64,000 nucleotides of DNA, from sequence record MH383160, one strand, 5' to 3'. Both the position numbers and the translations under genes were made by a program. Positions 47,329 through 59,753 of the stretch are shown one piece after another. Position 1 is the first letter of the stretch. Every line of letters starts with the position of its first letter. This DNA is from Escherichia phage UB. The notes under the pieces are model-generated. The model was not told where the DNA came from. It saw only the letters and a program-made list of their open reading frames with translations, and ran no database searches.

Positions 47329-47694
47329 CTAATTGTGGGTTTTAACCAAACGTGCGACAGCTAGTATAGCATTAACCTCATCCAATGTCAACCCACCAAT
47401 GTCATTAATCATTGAGTACTGAAATAGTGATTCTTCAGTGTAATTGTAATCATGAGAAGCAATAAAGATTGCTGGTTTAGATGCATCCAAAATTATCTTT
47501 GTCATTGTAGTATATATATCAAATTGATACAATAGATTTTCACCTGTATATGCTACGTAGATATTATTTGAATAGGATGGATGTACCATTGTAAAACCAT
47601 CATAACATAATATTTTTATGTTCGGATCGTCAAAATTGCCTGTATAAAGGTTATTACAAACATCTTGCATTATACGTACTATTAGACTAGTCAT
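47329..47694 (-). CDS. paralog-family protein (FQYSMINDIGGLTLDEVNAIL motif)
   Basis: Shared C-terminal motif. Confidence 0.6.
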   Translation of the reverse strand: MTSLIVRIMQDVCNNLYTGNFDDPNIKILCYDGFTMVHPSYSNNIYVAYTGENLLYQFDIYTTMTKIILDASKPAIFIASHDYNYTEESLFQYSMINDIGGLTLDEVNAILAVARLVKTHN

Positions 47695-48112
47695 TTAAAG
47701 GATTTAGAACCTCTTCTGGAATCAACTTTTGAACTTTAAGTATAGCTTTAATGTCCTCAAATGTTAATCCTAATGTGTCGTTAAGGAGGCAGTACTGGAA
47801 GAATTTTTCTTCAGTATCAATATCGTTAACATTCAATTCAATTGATTCATCATCATAATCATAATCTTCATTATCACATTCATAACTTCTGAATATAACT
47901 TTTTCAAAATACACATCAAATGAATAAAAATGATTATTGAATTCATAACCAAGAAAAATATTAAAACATTTACTCAAATCTGTGGTTTGATTCAAATCTG
48001 GATCATAGCAAAATACTCTAACTTCACCAATATCTTCTAATTGTACATCATGCAGTGACCATGCGTTGTTTTTTAATACATAGTTCACCATTTTAACAAT
48101 GTTGTATGTCAT
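47687..48112 (-). CDS. paralog-family protein (FFQYCLLNDTLGLTFEDIKAIL motif)
   Basis: Shared C-terminal motif. Confidence 0.6.
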   Translation of the reverse strand: MTYNIVKMVNYVLKNNAWSLHDVQLEDIGEVRVFCYDPDLNQTTDLSKCFNIFLGYEFNNHFYSFDVYFEKVIFRSYECDNEDYDYDDESIELNVNDIDTEEKFFQYCLLNDTLGLTFEDIKAILKVQKLIPEEVLNPLND

Positions 48113-48118
48113 AGTGTA

Positions 48119-48208
<90 letters not shown>

Positions 48209-48229
48209 AGAAGTAAGATAACCAACAAG

Positions 48230-48393
<164 letters not shown>

Positions 48394-48436
48394 ATTGACC
48401 TCTTTAGATTAAAACCCCCAGTTTTCTTCTTGAACC

Positions 48437-48534
<98 letters not shown>

Positions 48535-48553
48535 GCATACTCGAAGTACCTCT

Positions 48554-48668
<115 letters not shown>

Positions 48669-48703
48669 ATAAGCTACTGAATCGGGAATCACAACCTCCC
48701 CTC

Positions 48704-48955
<252 letters not shown>

Positions 48956-48967
48956 TTATAATACCTG

Positions 48968-49643
<676 letters not shown>

Positions 49644-49656
49644 TATATCATGTGAA

Positions 49657-49903
<247 letters not shown>

Positions 49904-49904
49904 A

Positions 49905-50421
<517 letters not shown>

Positions 50422-50439
50422 ATACCCAACTTTAATTAA

Positions 50440-50765
50440 AAAAATGGATGGTGACGCTTTTAAACGCCGCTGTTAATTCAGCTTTATAACCATCCGTTTT
50501 AACTTGCCTTTCGGCTACCTTGACGTGGGGCGTACAGGCTGCTAAAAGCAACTTCTGTAAACATATTTCCACGCCTTACCCTTTTAAATAAAAGTCCATC
50601 CGGTTTTCCAGTTTGGTGAAGGACTGTCACCTCTAGTTTCAACCTGCTAGTCAAGTAATAATTGCCTATCGTCCAATTATCAAACCCGTCTAGGTTAACA
50701 TTCACCACTTCCTAGAGTACCAGAGATCTTGTTCTGGATAGCATCGACGTAACTTACACCATATA
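50440..50765 (-). ncRNA. candidate structured non-coding RNA (unclassified)
   Basis: G+C-enriched ~330-bp block with many short inverted repeats; only ORF has an alternative start, no RBS and atypical codons; promoter directly upstream. Confidence 0.3.
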
Positions 50766-50774
50766 CGTCTGATT

Positions 50775-50803
50775 GTGGAATTCATTATATCAGTACTGAA
50801 CTA
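50775..50803 (-). promoter_or_regulatory. extended -10 promoter (TTCAGTACTGATATAAT)
   Basis: TGATATAAT with conserved palindrome in spacer; weak -35. Confidence 0.45.
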
Positions 50804-50992
50804 TTCATCAGTGCTCAAATAAATTGTATCAGTTTTACATTTATACTGAATACGATGATCAATAAACGTACCTTGTTTATAAAGATCTGCATTTTTTACA
50901 TCAGTAATGATTTCAACACCAACATATTGTTTAAAAAGAACTTCTGCTTCTGGATATTGTTTAAGAATTTTAATCAAATCTTTAGCTTTCAT
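50801..50992 (-). CDS. small protein, MKAKDLIK-family
   Basis: N-terminus MKAKDLIKILKQYPEA. Confidence 0.55.
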   Translation of the reverse strand: MKAKDLIKILKQYPEAEVLFKQYVGVEIITDVKNADLYKQGTFIDHRIQYKCKTDTIYLSTDE

Positions 50993-51022
50993 TTAATCCC
51001 ACTCGTTTATGTGTTAAGATAC

Positions 51023-51055
<33 letters not shown>

Positions 51056-51063
51056 CTTTTTTT

Positions 51064-51225
<162 letters not shown>

Positions 51226-51229
<4 letters not shown>

Positions 51230-51390
51230 GTTCGTACCATTATTTCAATAAAGAACCACGGATACGCTTCATGGTTTATAAGTTTATCGTATTCTGCTGG
51301 GTCTGACATGATTTCCCAATGATACTTTCTCCAGTTACCGAAACCTGCATATCTAAAATTAATGTCATTCATCCATTCTTCATGCGTCAT
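51226..51390 (-). CDS. small MTHEEW-family protein (54 aa)
   Basis: N-terminus MTHEEWMNDI. Confidence 0.5.
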
Positions 51391-51441
51391 GGTTTTAACC
51401 TTTAATTAAAATTATCATAGGCATAAATTTAATTACTATCA

Positions 51442-51984
<543 letters not shown>

Positions 51985-51998
51985 AATATTATATTTTA

Positions 51999-52070
51999 TA
52001 AAGGGCCGGAGAATCGAACTCCGATTGGATTCTTAGAAGGAATCTGTTTTATCCATTAAACTAGCCCCTC
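51999..52070 (-). tRNA. tRNA-Arg (anticodon UCU)
   Basis: Acceptor GAGGGGC/GCCCUUU with G-U pairs, D-arm GUUUAAUGGAUAAAAC, anticodon stem GAUUC/GAAUC loop CUUCUAA, T-arm CGGAGUUCGAUUCUCCG. Confidence 0.7.
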
Positions 52071-52113
52071 AGTACTAATAATTATATCACATCTTTATGT
52101 GATGTCCAATTAT

Positions 52114-52386
52114 TTATGATTCGGTTTCGGGATTAAATTTTATAAATTCATCTTTATATTCATCTTCAATCGCAATATCTTCTACTTCTTCAGGCCAAAT
52201 CGTAGTGTCTCCTTGATAAAAGCGATAATTATCAAATACTGCACTACGCGTTCTTCCCTGTTCCCAGCCAATCGTACAGTCATGATATACATCCCCACTA
52301 CTTGTACGAATACTAATGGTGTCTTGAGTTTCATAAAGAACTTCAATGCGTGTGTTACGATTTACGTTGAATTTTTCAAAATGCAT
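52114..52386 (-). CDS. hypothetical protein
   Basis: 90-aa ORF. Confidence 0.55.
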   Translation of the reverse strand: MHFEKFNVNRNTRIEVLYETQDTISIRTSSGDVYHDCTIGWEQGRTRSAVFDNYRFYQGDTTIWPEEVEDIAIEDEYKDEFIKFNPETES

Positions 52387-52439
52387 AATATTATCCTCAT
52401 CTAGAACCAGTGATAATCATTATATAATGAATTAATGAT

Positions 52440-52658
52440 TTATGCAAGTGTTTTAGATACACCGACACCAATAATTCCAGTGATATCGATATGGATATTG
52501 GCAAGTTGATTACTATCATATGGGTTTGTTTCTGTAATAACCAATGTTGTATCATTGACTAAAACCACAGTACCTTTTACACGATAACCATGTAGTAGTA
52601 CTTGAACCTCATCTTCAGGTTTTAATGATTGAATAACTTCAAATAAAGTTGTTTCCAT
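52440..52658 (-). CDS. hypothetical protein
   Basis: 72-aa ORF. Confidence 0.5.
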   Translation of the reverse strand: METTLFEVIQSLKPEDEVQVLLHGYRVKGTVVLVNDTTLVITETNPYDSNQLANIHIDITGIIGVGVSKTLA

Positions 52659-52673
52659 TTTTGTATTCCTTGT

Positions 52674-52856
52674 TTAGTTTTGATTATTTGACTTTCTAAA
52701 TGCCAGTTCGCATATAAACCAGGGTTTTCTGGTATCCAAAACATATGACCTGAAAAGATTTTCATCTCTTAATATATCATAATGTACCTGACGAATGCCA
52801 TTCCCAAAGCAGTCATGTTCTTTATGCTGTTTGGACATCCATTCTTCGTGTGTCAT
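52674..52856 (-). CDS. small MTHEEW-family protein
   Basis: Start set to ATG 52856 (MTHEEWMSKQ); listed 52874 start is TTG. Confidence 0.5.
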   Translation of the reverse strand: MTHEEWMSKQHKEHDCFGNGIRQVHYDILRDENLFRSYVLDTRKPWFICELAFRKSNNQN

Positions 52857-52857
52857 T

Positions 52858-53073
52858 TTATGTATCCAGTACAATTAAGTGCTGCATCTCTTCTTTTGTA
52901 AAGAAAGCACTGTCATGAACAATAGAACCAGTCTTATCAACTACATAGTACAGGTTTCCATATTGTTGAACATCAATTCCGTCAATTTCAATTCGTGGAA
53001 AATTTTGGACAATACAGTCTGCACCGAAAACCTCACCAAAAAAGTTTCCTGCTGGATTGATAATGACTTTCAT
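52858..53073 (-). CDS. hypothetical protein
   Basis: 71-aa ORF. Confidence 0.5.
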   Translation of the reverse strand: MKVIINPAGNFFGEVFGADCIVQNFPRIEIDGIDVQQYGNLYYVVDKTGSIVHDSAFFTKEEMQHLIVLDT

Positions 53074-53091
53074 ATTAAATCACCTTTATTG

Positions 53092-53193
<102 letters not shown>

Positions 53194-53198
53194 TCTTA

Positions 53199-53375
53199 CT
53201 ATTTTTTGTCTCTAATAGCAAGCTCGTAGATGAACCAGTGGTTGGAATCTTCGTCCAAAACCAATGATTCGAACGTTTTTTTATCGTTCAAAACATCATA
53301 ATGGCCTTGGCGTATACCAAATCCAAAATGATCATGTTTATATTTTAGTGACTCTATCCATTCTTCATGTGTCAT
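53199..53375 (-). CDS. small MTHEEW-family protein
   Basis: Start set to ATG 53375 (MTHEEWIESL); listed start is TTG. Confidence 0.5.
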   Translation of the reverse strand: MTHEEWIESLKYKHDHFGFGIRQGHYDVLNDKKTFESLVLDEDSNHWFIYELAIRDKK

Positions 53376-53453
53376 TTTATGTATCCAGTTCAATTAAGTG
53401 TTTCATTTATTCTTCTGTAAAGAAAGCATTGCAATGGACAATGGAAAAGGTTA

Positions 53454-53633
53454 TTATATTTTTTTGTCTCTAACCGCAAGCTCATAGATGAACCAACGAT
53501 TTCCATTCTCATCTAGTACATATGATTCGAACTTATATTTGTCTCGTAAAATATCGAAATGACCATCAATAAATCCATTTCCAAACTGGTCATAACGTTT
53601 TTTCATCATTGCCATCCATTCTTCATGTGTCAT
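53454..53633 (-). CDS. small MTHEEW-family protein (59 aa)
   Basis: MTHEEWMAMMKKRYDQFGNGF...; ATGA overlap with upstream stop. Confidence 0.5.
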   Translation of the reverse strand: MTHEEWMAMMKKRYDQFGNGFIDGHFDILRDKYKFESYVLDENGNRWFIYELAVRDKKI

Positions 53634-53815
53634 CTCTTAATATCCATAACGGCTATACTAAAATATGTACCAAAATCATCACAATTGATAATGTTGTTAT
53701 AGTACTCAATTGGGTTACGCAATGATATATACAATTCAAGCTTAAAATAGTATATATCTGCTGCATTTATATTATAGTGTAGATTAAACCACTCATCAAA
53801 TGTCTTAGGCTGCAT
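53630..53815 (-). CDS. hypothetical small protein
   Basis: 61-aa ORF. Confidence 0.45.
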   Translation of the reverse strand: MQPKTFDEWFNLHYNINAADIYYFKLELYISLRNPIEYYNNIINCDDFGTYFSIAVMDIKR

Positions 53816-54209
53816 TATATTTATCTTTATAAAAATCCATGATTTTAGTCAACAGTACTGCAATCGTATAATCTAAATCAGGATAAAGTAAATTGTACTG
53901 AAATTCTTCCTCAACACTATAGTTAGTGGTACAGTACTGGTAATCTTTATAACCTATTGAAAAATAATTCGGATACAATGTACAACGAAAGCGATAAGCT
54001 TCATCTGTCATATAATCATTGTATTCAACACAGAAGTATAGTGATTTTGAATTTAATTCGATAAGCTCAACGAATCCATCAGGTAATGAATGGTTATAAA
54101 TTACTGAATCTTCATTAAACCATTCATAGTATTTTTCCAAAAAATCACTAATGGATACATCCAGACTTTGTATAGGTGGAGTTATGATAATTTGAACTTC
54201 TTTATTCAT
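53805..54209 (-). CDS. hypothetical protein (C-terminal EFQYNLLYPDLDYT family-like)
   Basis: 134-aa ORF. Confidence 0.55.
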   Translation of the reverse strand: MNKEVQIIITPPIQSLDVSISDFLEKYYEWFNEDSVIYNHSLPDGFVELIELNSKSLYFCVEYNDYMTDEAYRFRCTLYPNYFSIGYKDYQYCTTNYSVEEEFQYNLLYPDLDYTIAVLLTKIMDFYKDKYNAA

Positions 54210-54709
54210 TTCGACCCCTTACTATATTTCACGTATGGGCTATCATACAGATCATAACTTTTTTGTGCACGTTCTTTTCGGCGTTCATACATGATTCTAT
54301 CATACTCTTTAGCTTTCTGATTTGCTTCATTATACAATTTTAAAATTAGCAAAAATGCATCAAGATCGGGATAGTTTACTGGATTGATAGTACTCAGCAT
54401 AAATCGTTCTTCTTCAGTTCTAGCTAAGTCAAATTCATACTTAATAGTTTTATACCCACTCCATTTATATATATGCGTTACTTTATTAGTAAGTACATTA
54501 TATTCAACGAAGTCAGTACTACCATCAAGTACACGAGTAATCTTAATAGATGTACCAATGACAATCTGCACAGAACTCATTTCTGAAGTTTTAAAGTAAT
54601 AAATGTTATTACGGCGAAGATTAACTTCTCGATCTCCAATGCGAACATGCTTAATAACTTCCATTAATGGTTCTGGGACACCACGAATCGGCATGTTAGT
54701 ATTCCTCAA
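54206..54709 (-). CDS. hypothetical protein
   Basis: 167-aa ORF. Confidence 0.6.
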   Translation of the reverse strand: MRNTNMPIRGVPEPLMEVIKHVRIGDREVNLRRNNIYYFKTSEMSSVQIVIGTSIKITRVLDGSTDFVEYNVLTNKVTHIYKWSGYKTIKYEFDLARTEEERFMLSTINPVNYPDLDAFLLILKLYNEANQKAKEYDRIMYERRKERAQKSYDLYDSPYVKYSKGSK

Positions 54710-55265
54710 TAACGGTTAGGAATCTATCCCAACCAGTATAAGTGAAATGATCAAAGTATTGTTTTTCGCCACCTACCATATATACTTCAATTAAACCGTG
54801 GTCGAAATAATTTTTTGGTTTTTTAACTTCAGTTACGATTGCTTTATGTCTGAAACCATTATAATCAGTATATGTTACAATATCGTGAATTTTGATATTA
54901 TCAGGTGTATAAGTGTTGGCGTTATTATTGAGAACATGAAGATGATGGTCTACGATTTCTTTACTGGAAATTACTCCAAATATGTTACCAGAAAATACTT
55001 TATTACCATTACAGGTCAATGCCCAGCCATCACCAACTTCAATAGATTCAAATACATAATGTGTGCAAATTTTAGATACATCTGACGTATCCCAGTAATC
55101 ACCATCAAGATTGGTGAATTTATAAACAGTTTTGAGTTTTTCGCCATCAAATGAAAGCAATGATACTCCGATAACAACCGTTCCGTCTTTAAGAATAATA
55201 TTAAATTTATTATTTGTATTAAAGTATGCTTCTGACTCATATGTGTTGAATTTAATAAAGTTCAT
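54696..55265 (-). CDS. hypothetical protein
   Basis: 189-aa ORF. Confidence 0.6.
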   Translation of the reverse strand: MNFIKFNTYESEAYFNTNNKFNIILKDGTVVIGVSLLSFDGEKLKTVYKFTNLDGDYWDTSDVSKICTHYVFESIEVGDGWALTCNGNKVFSGNIFGVISSKEIVDHHLHVLNNNANTYTPDNIKIHDIVTYTDYNGFRHKAIVTEVKKPKNYFDHGLIEVYMVGGEKQYFDHFTYTGWDRFLTVIEEY

Positions 55266-55312
55266 ATGTTCTCCTTAGTAAGTCATAGTATTATATCAGA
55301 GTTTCATTGCAC

Positions 55313-55705
55313 TTACCAGCATGTTTTCATAACTTCTGTGATGTAAATCATTTTATCTTTTAGTGTGTAAGGGATGCAAATTTCACCTGGGCTTAACGTT
55401 GTGTTCTTTTGAAACTCATCTTCTTCGGAATCAGCCAGGTAAAATGGGTGTGTCACAAAGGTATCATCAACTGGACGATTATGTGGTTTCATTAATGCAT
55501 CATGATTGACAAAATAATAAGCATCAATATCAGGACGGAAATACAAACAATCAACCTTAATGCACGGGTGTAACCATAAGGACAAAGAATATGTTATTTG
55601 GTTACCAATTTGTCTTGGGCCTGATGCAATTGCATTGATGTTATTTTTATCTTGTACCATTTCATAAATGAAATCTATCATTTCGTGTAGTTCTGATTCA
55701 GTCAT
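55313..55705 (-). CDS. hypothetical protein
   Basis: 130-aa ORF. Confidence 0.6.
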   Translation of the reverse strand: MTESELHEMIDFIYEMVQDKNNINAIASGPRQIGNQITYSLSLWLHPCIKVDCLYFRPDIDAYYFVNHDALMKPHNRPVDDTFVTHPFYLADSEEDEFQKNTTLSPGEICIPYTLKDKMIYITEVMKTCW

Positions 55706-55716
55706 TTTATTTCCTT

Positions 55717-55743
55717 AAAAAAATACCCAGTACTTGACTGGGT
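55717..55743 (-). terminator. intrinsic terminator (ACCCAGU-ACUUG-ACUGGGU + U7)
   Basis: Hairpin carrying the CAGTACTTGACTG motif, followed by U-run on minus strand. Confidence 0.6.
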
Positions 55744-55759
55744 ATTTACAAAGTAACGT

Positions 55760-55909
55760 TTAATCAGATTTCTTTTCGTAATCTGTAAAAACAGTCAGGA
55801 TTGTTGCACATAGTGAATCAACTACTGATGCACGTGTGTTATCAAGGTCTTTAGCTAGTGCTTGAATCTCTTGAAGTTTTACTACTAAGTCGATTTTTTG
55901 ATTACTCAT
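55760..55909 (-). CDS. small hypothetical protein (49 aa)
   Basis: ATG with AGGAGAAG RBS; terminator immediately downstream. Confidence 0.45.
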   Translation of the reverse strand: MSNQKIDLVVKLQEIQALAKDLDNTRASVVDSLCATILTVFTDYEKKSD

Positions 55910-55931
55910 TACTTCTCCTATTGGATGTTTT

Positions 55932-56222
55932 TTAGATATTAATTTTTATACCACTAAGGTCTAGAACTTTTTTATTAGATACTGTTTCTGATTCTAATTT
56001 AGTTTCTTTTACCTCAGTGTTAATATTTACGTCATCTTTGAGAATATCAGGGATAATACCATGTTGAATATCATCGTACATAGAAACAACGGTTTCGGCA
56101 CAAGATAACATTTCACGAACTTTGTACTGATAACCCTGTGGTAACTCATTGATGATTTCCATAATATCTAGTAATTTAGTTTGGACATCAATAAGAATTT
56201 TTCTTGATTTTTCTGGTTCCAT
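55932..56222 (-). CDS. hypothetical protein
   Basis: 96-aa ORF. Confidence 0.55.
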   Translation of the reverse strand: MEPEKSRKILIDVQTKLLDIMEIINELPQGYQYKVREMLSCAETVVSMYDDIQHGIIPDILKDDVNINTEVKETKLESETVSNKKVLDLSGIKINI

Positions 56223-56728
56223 TACTCCAACTCCACAACATTACTTTTTTTGGATTTAATCACTGATGGTGGCTCATTAACGCTTGTTTGACCACGAAGT
56301 GATTTTTCCAACGCAATGATGCGTTTTAAAGTTTTTATTGATGGTCGCTTCTTCGTCAACTCAGCTTTTGCTTCTGAATAATATTTTCTTACATATCCAT
56401 AGGCATAATATTTTGAACCAATGAAAATTTCAGCAACTACTGGATTTGAGTATTGTGTATCAATTCCATCTAGATCCGTGTCTACCGAGTAGAATGAAAT
56501 ATTTGTATCACATGCTGAAATTTTAGCCACCAAAAGATTTGCATCGAACTTATCTAAAATTAGAGAAATTGTTTTTTCGGCATCAGCACTATATGGCATA
56601 GCAGACATTAAAAGTTGGAATGTCTTAAAGTACTTACTTCCACTAATCATGGTATTGAAAATCAATCCAATGGTGATTAATGCAAGTGTACCAATACACA
56701 CAAACAAAAACCAATATTCAACACTCAT
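56222..56728 (-). CDS. membrane-anchored hypothetical protein
   Basis: N-terminal TM helix MSVEYWFLFVCIGTLALITIGLIF. Confidence 0.6.
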   Translation of the reverse strand: MSVEYWFLFVCIGTLALITIGLIFNTMISGSKYFKTFQLLMSAMPYSADAEKTISLILDKFDANLLVAKISACDTNISFYSVDTDLDGIDTQYSNPVVAEIFIGSKYYAYGYVRKYYSEAKAELTKKRPSIKTLKRIIALEKSLRGQTSVNEPPSVIKSKKSNVVELE

Positions 56729-56793
56729 TTATAAATCCTCTTACTTTATATGATTAAAATGCCCCATCAAAAATGATGAGGCGGTAAGATAAA

Positions 56794-57003
56794 TTACTTA
56801 CGATTTGCTTTACGCAGTTCAGATAGTTCTTCTTGAAGACTTTTCTTCCATGCAATCAAGTGAGCAAAACGGATTGGCCTTGCACCAGTACCGTGGAATA
56901 CTGCTAGAGCTTCTTCTGCTTGATGAATCTGGAATTGAATGTAGTTCACAGTGCGGTCGAAGTCGGTGATATCTAGTACTTGTGCGTTAGTTTCTTTAGC
57001 CAT
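56794..57003 (-). CDS. hypothetical small protein
   Basis: 69-aa ORF. Confidence 0.5.
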   Translation of the reverse strand: MAKETNAQVLDITDFDRTVNYIQFQIHQAEEALAVFHGTGARPIRFAHLIAWKKSLQEELSELRKANRK

Positions 57004-57118
57004 TTTAATACCCTTTTATTTCTTTTTTATGAAAAACCCTCATCATTGAGGAATGGTTTGCATTTTAATATCTGCCGATAACAAACATTATATCACAATA
57101 TCTGTTCTTGTCCAATTT

Positions 57119-57415
57119 TTAATTATTAGAAAGAACAATTTTTGAAACTGGTAAATCTGTATCATTTACACGTTGTTCATTATATCCATTCTGTACAAGA
57201 ATGTCAATAACTTTAGACTTATCAATTGTAAATGATTCTAACATATCATATCGGTAATAACCAATAGTCTGACTGAACTCATATTTTCCTGGCTGTTGAC
57301 GACAACACGTATTTGTTTCAGCCATAATCTTATTGATTAGGTAATATGTTTCAGTACTATCAATATTTGGAATATAGATCTTATCATCAAAATGAATTAC
57401 TTCATGTTTATTCAT
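57119..57415 (-). CDS. hypothetical protein
   Basis: Start set to internal ATG 57415 (MNKHEVIHF) with GGAGATTGA RBS. Confidence 0.5.
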   Translation of the reverse strand: MNKHEVIHFDDKIYIPNIDSTETYYLINKIMAETNTCCRQQPGKYEFSQTIGYYRYDMLESFTIDKSKVIDILVQNGYNEQRVNDTDLPVSKIVLSNN

Positions 57416-57677
57416 AGAGTGATTCAATCTCCGCTTTAAGAATGGAAATGATCTCTTTCTGAAGGCCAGTAATTTCACTGTTCAAAGATGATAGTCGCTT
57501 CGATAATGCCATGAATTGCTTTGCATCTTCTTTAGAACGGTCATTTCGTACTTTATCAGAACTCCAGTTAGCATATGATTGCTCATCTTTCCTGTTAAGG
57601 ATATCCCAGTCTAAACGTACTAGTTTACGTTCTTTCTTCAGTTCGCTTAAGCGAGATTTCATTTCGTCTTTAGTCAT
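57408..57677 (-). CDS. hypothetical coiled-coil-like protein
   Basis: 89-aa ORF, Lys/Glu-rich. Confidence 0.55.
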   Translation of the reverse strand: MTKDEMKSRLSELKKERKLVRLDWDILNRKDEQSYANWSSDKVRNDRSKEDAKQFMALSKRLSSLNSEITGLQKEIISILKAEIESLYE

Positions 57678-57967
57678 TAGATTGTTCCTTTCATGAAGTC
57701 TGGAATAACGATTACGATAGGAGGATTATACTCTACATAACCATTTTTTGTCAATAGACTTTTAATATCTGAAATCACATTATCATGCTGTTCAATATCT
57801 TTATCACAAAAGATTTCCAATTCTTTCTGAAACGGTTTTTTAACCGAGATGTTTTGAGTCAGTGTTTGGATTCGCTGTAACATATCAATTGGATCTGGAC
57901 TGAACTCATTACCAACATAAAGAGTACCAGATGCATCTTTTTCTAGCAAGACTTCTAAAATTTTCAT
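57677..57967 (-). CDS. hypothetical protein
   Basis: 96-aa ORF. Confidence 0.55.
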   Translation of the reverse strand: MKILEVLLEKDASGTLYVGNEFSPDPIDMLQRIQTLTQNISVKKPFQKELEIFCDKDIEQHDNVISDIKSLLTKNGYVEYNPPIVIVIPDFMKGTI

Positions 57968-58800
57968 TTCGTATCCTTCAATTTACTAAAGTTTTCTCGT
58001 GTAAATCCAGGAACTGGAAAATATACATCACAGTCAACATCAGGATTCATAATTACCATGTCATTACATATTATATCACGAATTTTACTGCCGTCCACGA
58101 TTTTTTGCATTAAATCATTCCATTTTTTACGAGAAATAACGAATGTACTAATTATACATAAATCATGTCCACGTTTTGAAATATATCCTAGTACTTCATT
58201 ATCGTAAACAACACGTATGGTAACTTTTCCAATTGTAACCCCTCTTACTGGATTAATACTAGTATCTTCAAAAATTAATTCTAATTTAAGTTTACCATTC
58301 GAAATAAGTGATGAAGTATATCTAGAAACCATTTTATCAATTTCTTGAGTCAAATCATCTCTATTTAGATATTCAAATACAGAATAAGTTAATTCGTCTG
58401 CACCTAGTTCTTGGATAGTTGGAAGCTGTGCCACCATATCCAAAGATACAGGTTCGATATATATTCTTTCAATATCAGAAGATTGTACAAATAGACAACC
58501 ATCAGGTGTCGTATCTCTAACAATTTCGGCATAATATGTATAAAGATAAAAAACATTAGACTCTGATGAGTCAGTTTCTACCCAAATCTCAGATTGTTTC
58601 ATTTCATCTTTATGAAGAATTCGTTGAGTAAATCCTATGTAAAAACCAAGATATAAATCATCATCAGTTTCAAACGGATTAAACATCAAATACGGATATT
58701 TGTCAAGGTACTCATTGAACTTACGCTGTACATCTCTATCACAATCCATGATATACTTTAGGAATTCAGAAATGATTATTTTTTCTAATGACATAATCAA
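57964..58800 (-). CDS. hypothetical protein
   Basis: 278-aa ORF. Confidence 0.65.
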   Translation of the reverse strand: MIMSLEKIIISEFLKYIMDCDRDVQRKFNEYLDKYPYLMFNPFETDDDLYLGFYIGFTQRILHKDEMKQSEIWVETDSSESNVFYLYTYYAEIVRDTTPDGCLFVQSSDIERIYIEPVSLDMVAQLPTIQELGADELTYSVFEYLNRDDLTQEIDKMVSRYTSSLISNGKLKLELIFEDTSINPVRGVTIGKVTIRVVYDNEVLGYISKRGHDLCIISTFVISRKKWNDLMQKIVDGSKIRDIICNDMVIMNPDVDCDVYFPVPGFTRENFSKLKDTK

Positions 58801-58994
58801 TCCTCAAGATGCATGTAGTACATAAACATCGCCAACCATATAAAAAACCCGAAACAACGAAGTAAAATATCAATTGTTGGATCTGTCCCACCATTAACTT
58901 GGTAAACGATTACTGGGATTAAAGCAATAGTAATAGATACAGCACATAAGATGAATGCAACAAACACCTCAAACATAAACTTAATCGTTTCCAT
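58797..58994 (-). CDS. small membrane protein
   Basis: Hydrophobic 65-aa ORF. Confidence 0.5.
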   Translation of the reverse strand: METIKFMFEVFVAFILCAVSITIALIPVIVYQVNGGTDPTIDILLRCFGFFIWLAMFMYYMHLED

Positions 58995-59553
58995 TATTAT
59001 CCTTCAATGTGTAGTGTAGTACATCTAAAAAGTTATACATTGATTCATTACGCACAACCTTGATTGTTAAATTACGACAACCCAACATACGTTTGAGGCG
59101 ACGCTTCACCGCAGTTAAATCATGTGTACTATTCGTATACAGACCATTAACCTGACCTGGAACAGTTGGCACATGAAGAATGTAATCATAATTCATTAGT
59201 AAGCGTTGATTATATTTCTTTAATGCTTGCTTGTATTCTGAAATATTTTCAAAGAATGTACAATAACGGTCGTAACGATTCATTTTATTCAAAATTGAAA
59301 TACGAAAAGCGTTACCACTATTCCAATCATCTTCAGTTGGGTTTGGGTTGATATGTGCCATGTTAGCTGTACTGTACCCACCACTTGTGAAAACTTCAGA
59401 ATATCCATTCTCAAAAACATACAATGTTGCTTTGTGGCCTCTGAATTTTTTACGGTACTTTGACAGTACTTGAATGTGATTACGCTTGGACTTGTACATC
59501 TCGTAACCTTCATAATCTGAACTGAATTCACAAATTTTATCAACACCAGCCAT
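58981..59553 (-). CDS. hypothetical protein
   Basis: 190-aa ORF. Confidence 0.6.
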   Translation of the reverse strand: MAGVDKICEFSSDYEGYEMYKSKRNHIQVLSKYRKKFRGHKATLYVFENGYSEVFTSGGYSTANMAHINPNPTEDDWNSGNAFRISILNKMNRYDRYCTFFENISEYKQALKKYNQRLLMNYDYILHVPTVPGQVNGLYTNSTHDLTAVKRRLKRMLGCRNLTIKVVRNESMYNFLDVLHYTLKDNNGND

Positions 59554-59753
59554 TTCGTATATCCTCGTTTAATTAATATAGGAGTATTATACATACTCCA
59601 TTTTCATGTGTCAAGCTTTATAATACGGAAGACTTTTTACTAAAGATTCAGACGTATTATTTTTTACCCATGTACTACCGTTGTCATTAGATACGTATCC
59701 AGTACCATTAATAAATTTACGCATAATACCAGTAAAAATATTAGTATACACCA

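Noticed and set aside
50499-50708. ORF 50499..50708 (-)
   Set aside because: Alternative start, no RBS, atypical G+C-rich codons; region treated as candidate structured RNA instead.
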